IMG/VR virus record: IMGVR_UViG_3300033405_000937 | Location: 1 to 39,756 of that record | Source: a virus | Taxonomy: Duplodnaviria > Caudoviricetes | DNA: 39,756 nucleotides | Direction: 5' to 3' (one strand) | Part shown: positions 37,752-39,756 of the stretch, one piece after another | Layout: every line of letters starts with the position of its first letter | Position numbering within the stretch: the first letter of the stretch is position 1 | Translations under genes and position numbers: made by a program | The notes under the pieces: model-generated | What the model saw: only the letters and a program-made list of their open reading frames with translations | The model's database searches: none | Told to the model about the DNA's origin: nothing

Positions 37752-37961
37752 CTACCGGACCTCTTCCTCGGTGGGGATGGCGACCGCCATGGCCAACGGC
37801 TTGGGACGCTTGACGCCAGCCGGACGGGTGATACCTGCTTCAGCGGCGTAACGCTGGATGCTGCCGCCATGTTTGCCGAAGCGGAGTCCAATCTTGATGT
37901 AGCTCTCTTCGGGGTGGTCAATAATATACCGGAGTATTGCTGCGCGTTCTTCGGGTGCCAT
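37752..37961 (-). CDS. Small HTH DNA-binding protein (Cro/Xis-like position)
   Basis: SYIKIGLRFGKHGGSIQRYA HTH pattern; AAGGAG SD. Confidence 0.65.
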   Translation of the reverse strand: MAPEERAAILRYIIDHPEESYIKIGLRFGKHGGSIQRYAAEAGITRPAGVKRPKPLAMAVAIPTEEEVR

Positions 37962-38016
37962 GTATATCTCCTTGGATATAAGTTAAGGGGGAGGGTTACT
38001 CCCCCGGTGTGTGGAA

Positions 38017-38490
38017 CTACTCTTCGTCTTCAGACCGAAGGCGGCTTTGAAGCTGGCGAATCTCAGCAGCGACTTCTCCCCTCAGCTTCATAGGCTCCCA
38101 GACCGAGTAAGGAACTACAGTTCCCTTGTACTCTAGGGGTTGACCGGGCTCAGGGTAGCCATCAATGCAGCTAACCTTATGAAACCTGCTGACGGTGTTT
38201 CGCTGCTCCCTCAGCAACTCCACCTCAGGGGGATTCTGTAAATCTCGGAGGTCGGACTGCAATGCCCACATCCGGTTCTCTAACTCGCTGATGGTCTCCT
38301 GTAACCTATCAATCTCTTGTGTGAGTTCGACCTGCCGCTCGGGCTGGTTGGCGGCGGACATCCTATCTAAGTCCTCCTCGTCTGCCCTCCTCAGCTCACG
38401 CTGCTGGGAGAGCAGCTCGGTCAAACGCTGCTTCATCTCTTTCTTCTCAGCGGCGGTATACCCTTCGCTGACCTTTACCTTCTTTGCCAT
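38017..38490 (-). CDS. Coiled-coil hypothetical protein
   Basis: GAGGAG SD before MAKKVK; long heptad-rich Glu/Leu/Arg/Gln stretch. Confidence 0.7.
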   Translation of the reverse strand: MAKKVKVSEGYTAAEKKEMKQRLTELLSQQRELRRADEEDLDRMSAANQPERQVELTQEIDRLQETISELENRMWALQSDLRDLQNPPEVELLREQRNTVSRFHKVSCIDGYPEPGQPLEYKGTVVPYSVWEPMKLRGEVAAEIRQLQSRLRSEDEE

Positions 38491-38519
38491 GTGTGCTCCT
38501 CGGGTCTTAATACTCAAAA

Positions 38520-38811
38520 CATCAACAACAACTGCTACCTATGGAATCGGTAGCGAACTAATTGTGAGTTCACTGACTTTCAGGGTATTTACGTAAGTGA
38601 CTGACTACAATAGAGTTATCTCTATCGCAGAGGGAAAATGTAAGTTTTACACGGTCTGCAAAGACAAAACTTTACAAATCTTTACAAACAATGTAAAACG
38701 TACACACTATGGCTTAGCATGTATTTGGGTTGGAATTTGTGCAGGGGTGTAGAGAGGATAGTACCACAATCACACTGGTGAAAACAATCGGACCACTACC
38801 GACCCCTATAC
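38520..38811. promoter_or_regulatory. AT-rich divergent control region with operator-like repeats
   Basis: TGTAAGTTTTACA (38639-38651), CTTTACAAA twice (38670, 38680) and TGTAAAACGTACA (38692-38704) between divergent genes. Confidence 0.5.
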
Positions 38812-39756
38812 ATGGGGATGTGTCACCAGAAGATAATCCAACTCGAAGCCGCCCGTACTCCAGAACCCGATGAAGACCTGAAGCGAATAGCCGCATCATC
38901 CTTATCCAATGCCCGTGTGGTCGAGATAGAGTACAAAACCGCCGAGCCGCTTATCCTCAAGTTTGAGTACCTTCAGAACATGGGAGCCGCCCGTCACTGC
39001 TTCGGCTTGTACTTCGATAACTATTTGGCGGGAGTGGTGGTCTTTGGTATGACCGGGGGTACCCATGTGCCGCAGAGCATCTGTGGGAAGGAGCACGCCG
39101 ACAAAGTACGGACGTTAATCCGTGGCTGCTGTACCCACTGGAGCCCAGCGAACAGCCCGAGCTACCTGATTAACCGCGCCTGTGCCCTGATGGCGGCTAA
39201 AGGGTTCCCGCTGACAATCGCTTATGCGGATGAGTCAGCTTTTGAGCTAGGCTGCTGCTACCAAGCGGCGGGATGGGATTATATCGGATTGGGAGGCCGG
39301 GATACCGCCCAGCGTAGACCCGATGGCAGGTTAATAGGTTCCCGCTGTATCTCTGCTTACCTACGCGACCGTAAGGGACAACCCGACCCACGCAGAGGTG
39401 CCACACTGGCCGATGCCGAGGCATGGATAGCCCAGAGTATTAAAGAGGGGTACACGGTCGTCGGACAAGGGTTCAACGCATGGCGGGTCAGGAAGAACTG
39501 GGATGGCAGCGATGTTACTCGGGCACAGGTGAAGTGGGAGCTAGAGTCGCGCTATGGCAAGTTCCAACCTACCCCTCGCAAGCATCGTTATCTCCATATC
39601 GGGGGTGACAAGCGTACCCAACGGCTATTAAGGAAGGCTCTACGCTACCCCATCCTGCCTTATCCCAAACGCGGACTAGACGAAGGTGTCGCCCTGAGTA
39701 CCCCTCAGGGAAGCCAAGTTCAATCCTTGGAGTCCGCTCCAATTCTCTCCTTGTAG
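38812..39756 (+). CDS. mom: Mom-family adenine-modification enzyme (GNAT fold)
   Basis: FGLY...LAGVVVFG, LIRG...ANSPSYLI, IAYAD....GCCYQAAGWDYIG, KHRYL and terminal PYPK match the Mom-like family pattern. Confidence 0.85.
   Translation: MGMCHQKIIQLEAARTPEPDEDLKRIAASSLSNARVVEIEYKTAEPLILKFEYLQNMGAARHCFGLYFDNYLAGVVVFGMTGGTHVPQSICGKEHADKVRTLIRGCCTHWSPANSPSYLINRACALMAAKGFPLTIAYADESAFELGCCYQAAGWDYIGLGGRDTAQRRPDGRLIGSRCISAYLRDRKGQPDPRRGATLADAEAWIAQSIKEGYTVVGQGFNAWRVRKNWDGSDVTRAQVKWELESRYGKFQPTPRKHRYLHIGGDKRTQRLLRKALRYPILPYPKRGLDEGVALSTPQGSQVQSLESAPILSL
39671..39741 (+). ncRNA. tRNA-Gly-like cloverleaf RNA (anticodon ACC, encoded CCA) embedded in the mom 3' end
   Basis: Acceptor GCGGACT/AGTCCGC + TCCA; D arm GAC-GAAGGT-GTC; anticodon arm CCCTGA-GTACCCC-TCAGGG; variable AAG; T arm CCAAG-TTCAATC-CTTGG. 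All stems are perfectly Watson-Crick. Confidence 0.8.

Noticed and set aside
39671-39741. Canonical translational tRNA-Gly gene or attP/attR core
   Set aside because: Lacks U8 and purine 37 and has atypical D and anticodon arms. An att core would be a near-exact copy of a host tRNA 3' end, usually outside a CDS, and no second copy is in the window. Not fully excluded without flanking sequence.

Overview
The window is an apparently near-complete temperate podovirus-type phage or prophage. It starts at the ATG of a tyrosine integrase and ends at the stop codon of a Mom-family gene. Most genes lie on the minus strand. Right to left they are a replication module (wHTH initiator with six internal iterons), holin-like genes, small zinc-finger genes, a groEL-groES pair, terminase small and large subunits, portal, scaffold, an N4-gp56-type major capsid protein, a histidine phosphatase, two tail fibre/spike genes, adaptor, a free-standing GIY-YIG endonuclease, nozzle and four ejection-type proteins. 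The plus strand carries the integrase with three small accessory genes, a serine recombinase and the Mom-like DNA-modification GNAT. The most striking signal is a 71-nt tRNA-like cloverleaf (39671-39741) embedded in frame in the 3' end of the mom-like gene. It carries the bacterial tRNA-Gly identity set (G1-C72, C2-G71, G3-C70, U73, C35/C36, encoded CCA) but has a non-canonical body and an ACC anticodon. This suggests a dedicated, non-ribosomal glycyl donor RNA for DNA hypermodification. Other notable items are the chaperonin pair in a 40-kb phage, a recurring promoter-like motif upstream of about 12 minus-strand transcription units, an RBS-sequestering hairpin ahead of the homing endonuclease, and several micro-ORFs missed by the ORF track. 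All family calls come from recognising motifs by eye; no database searches were run.
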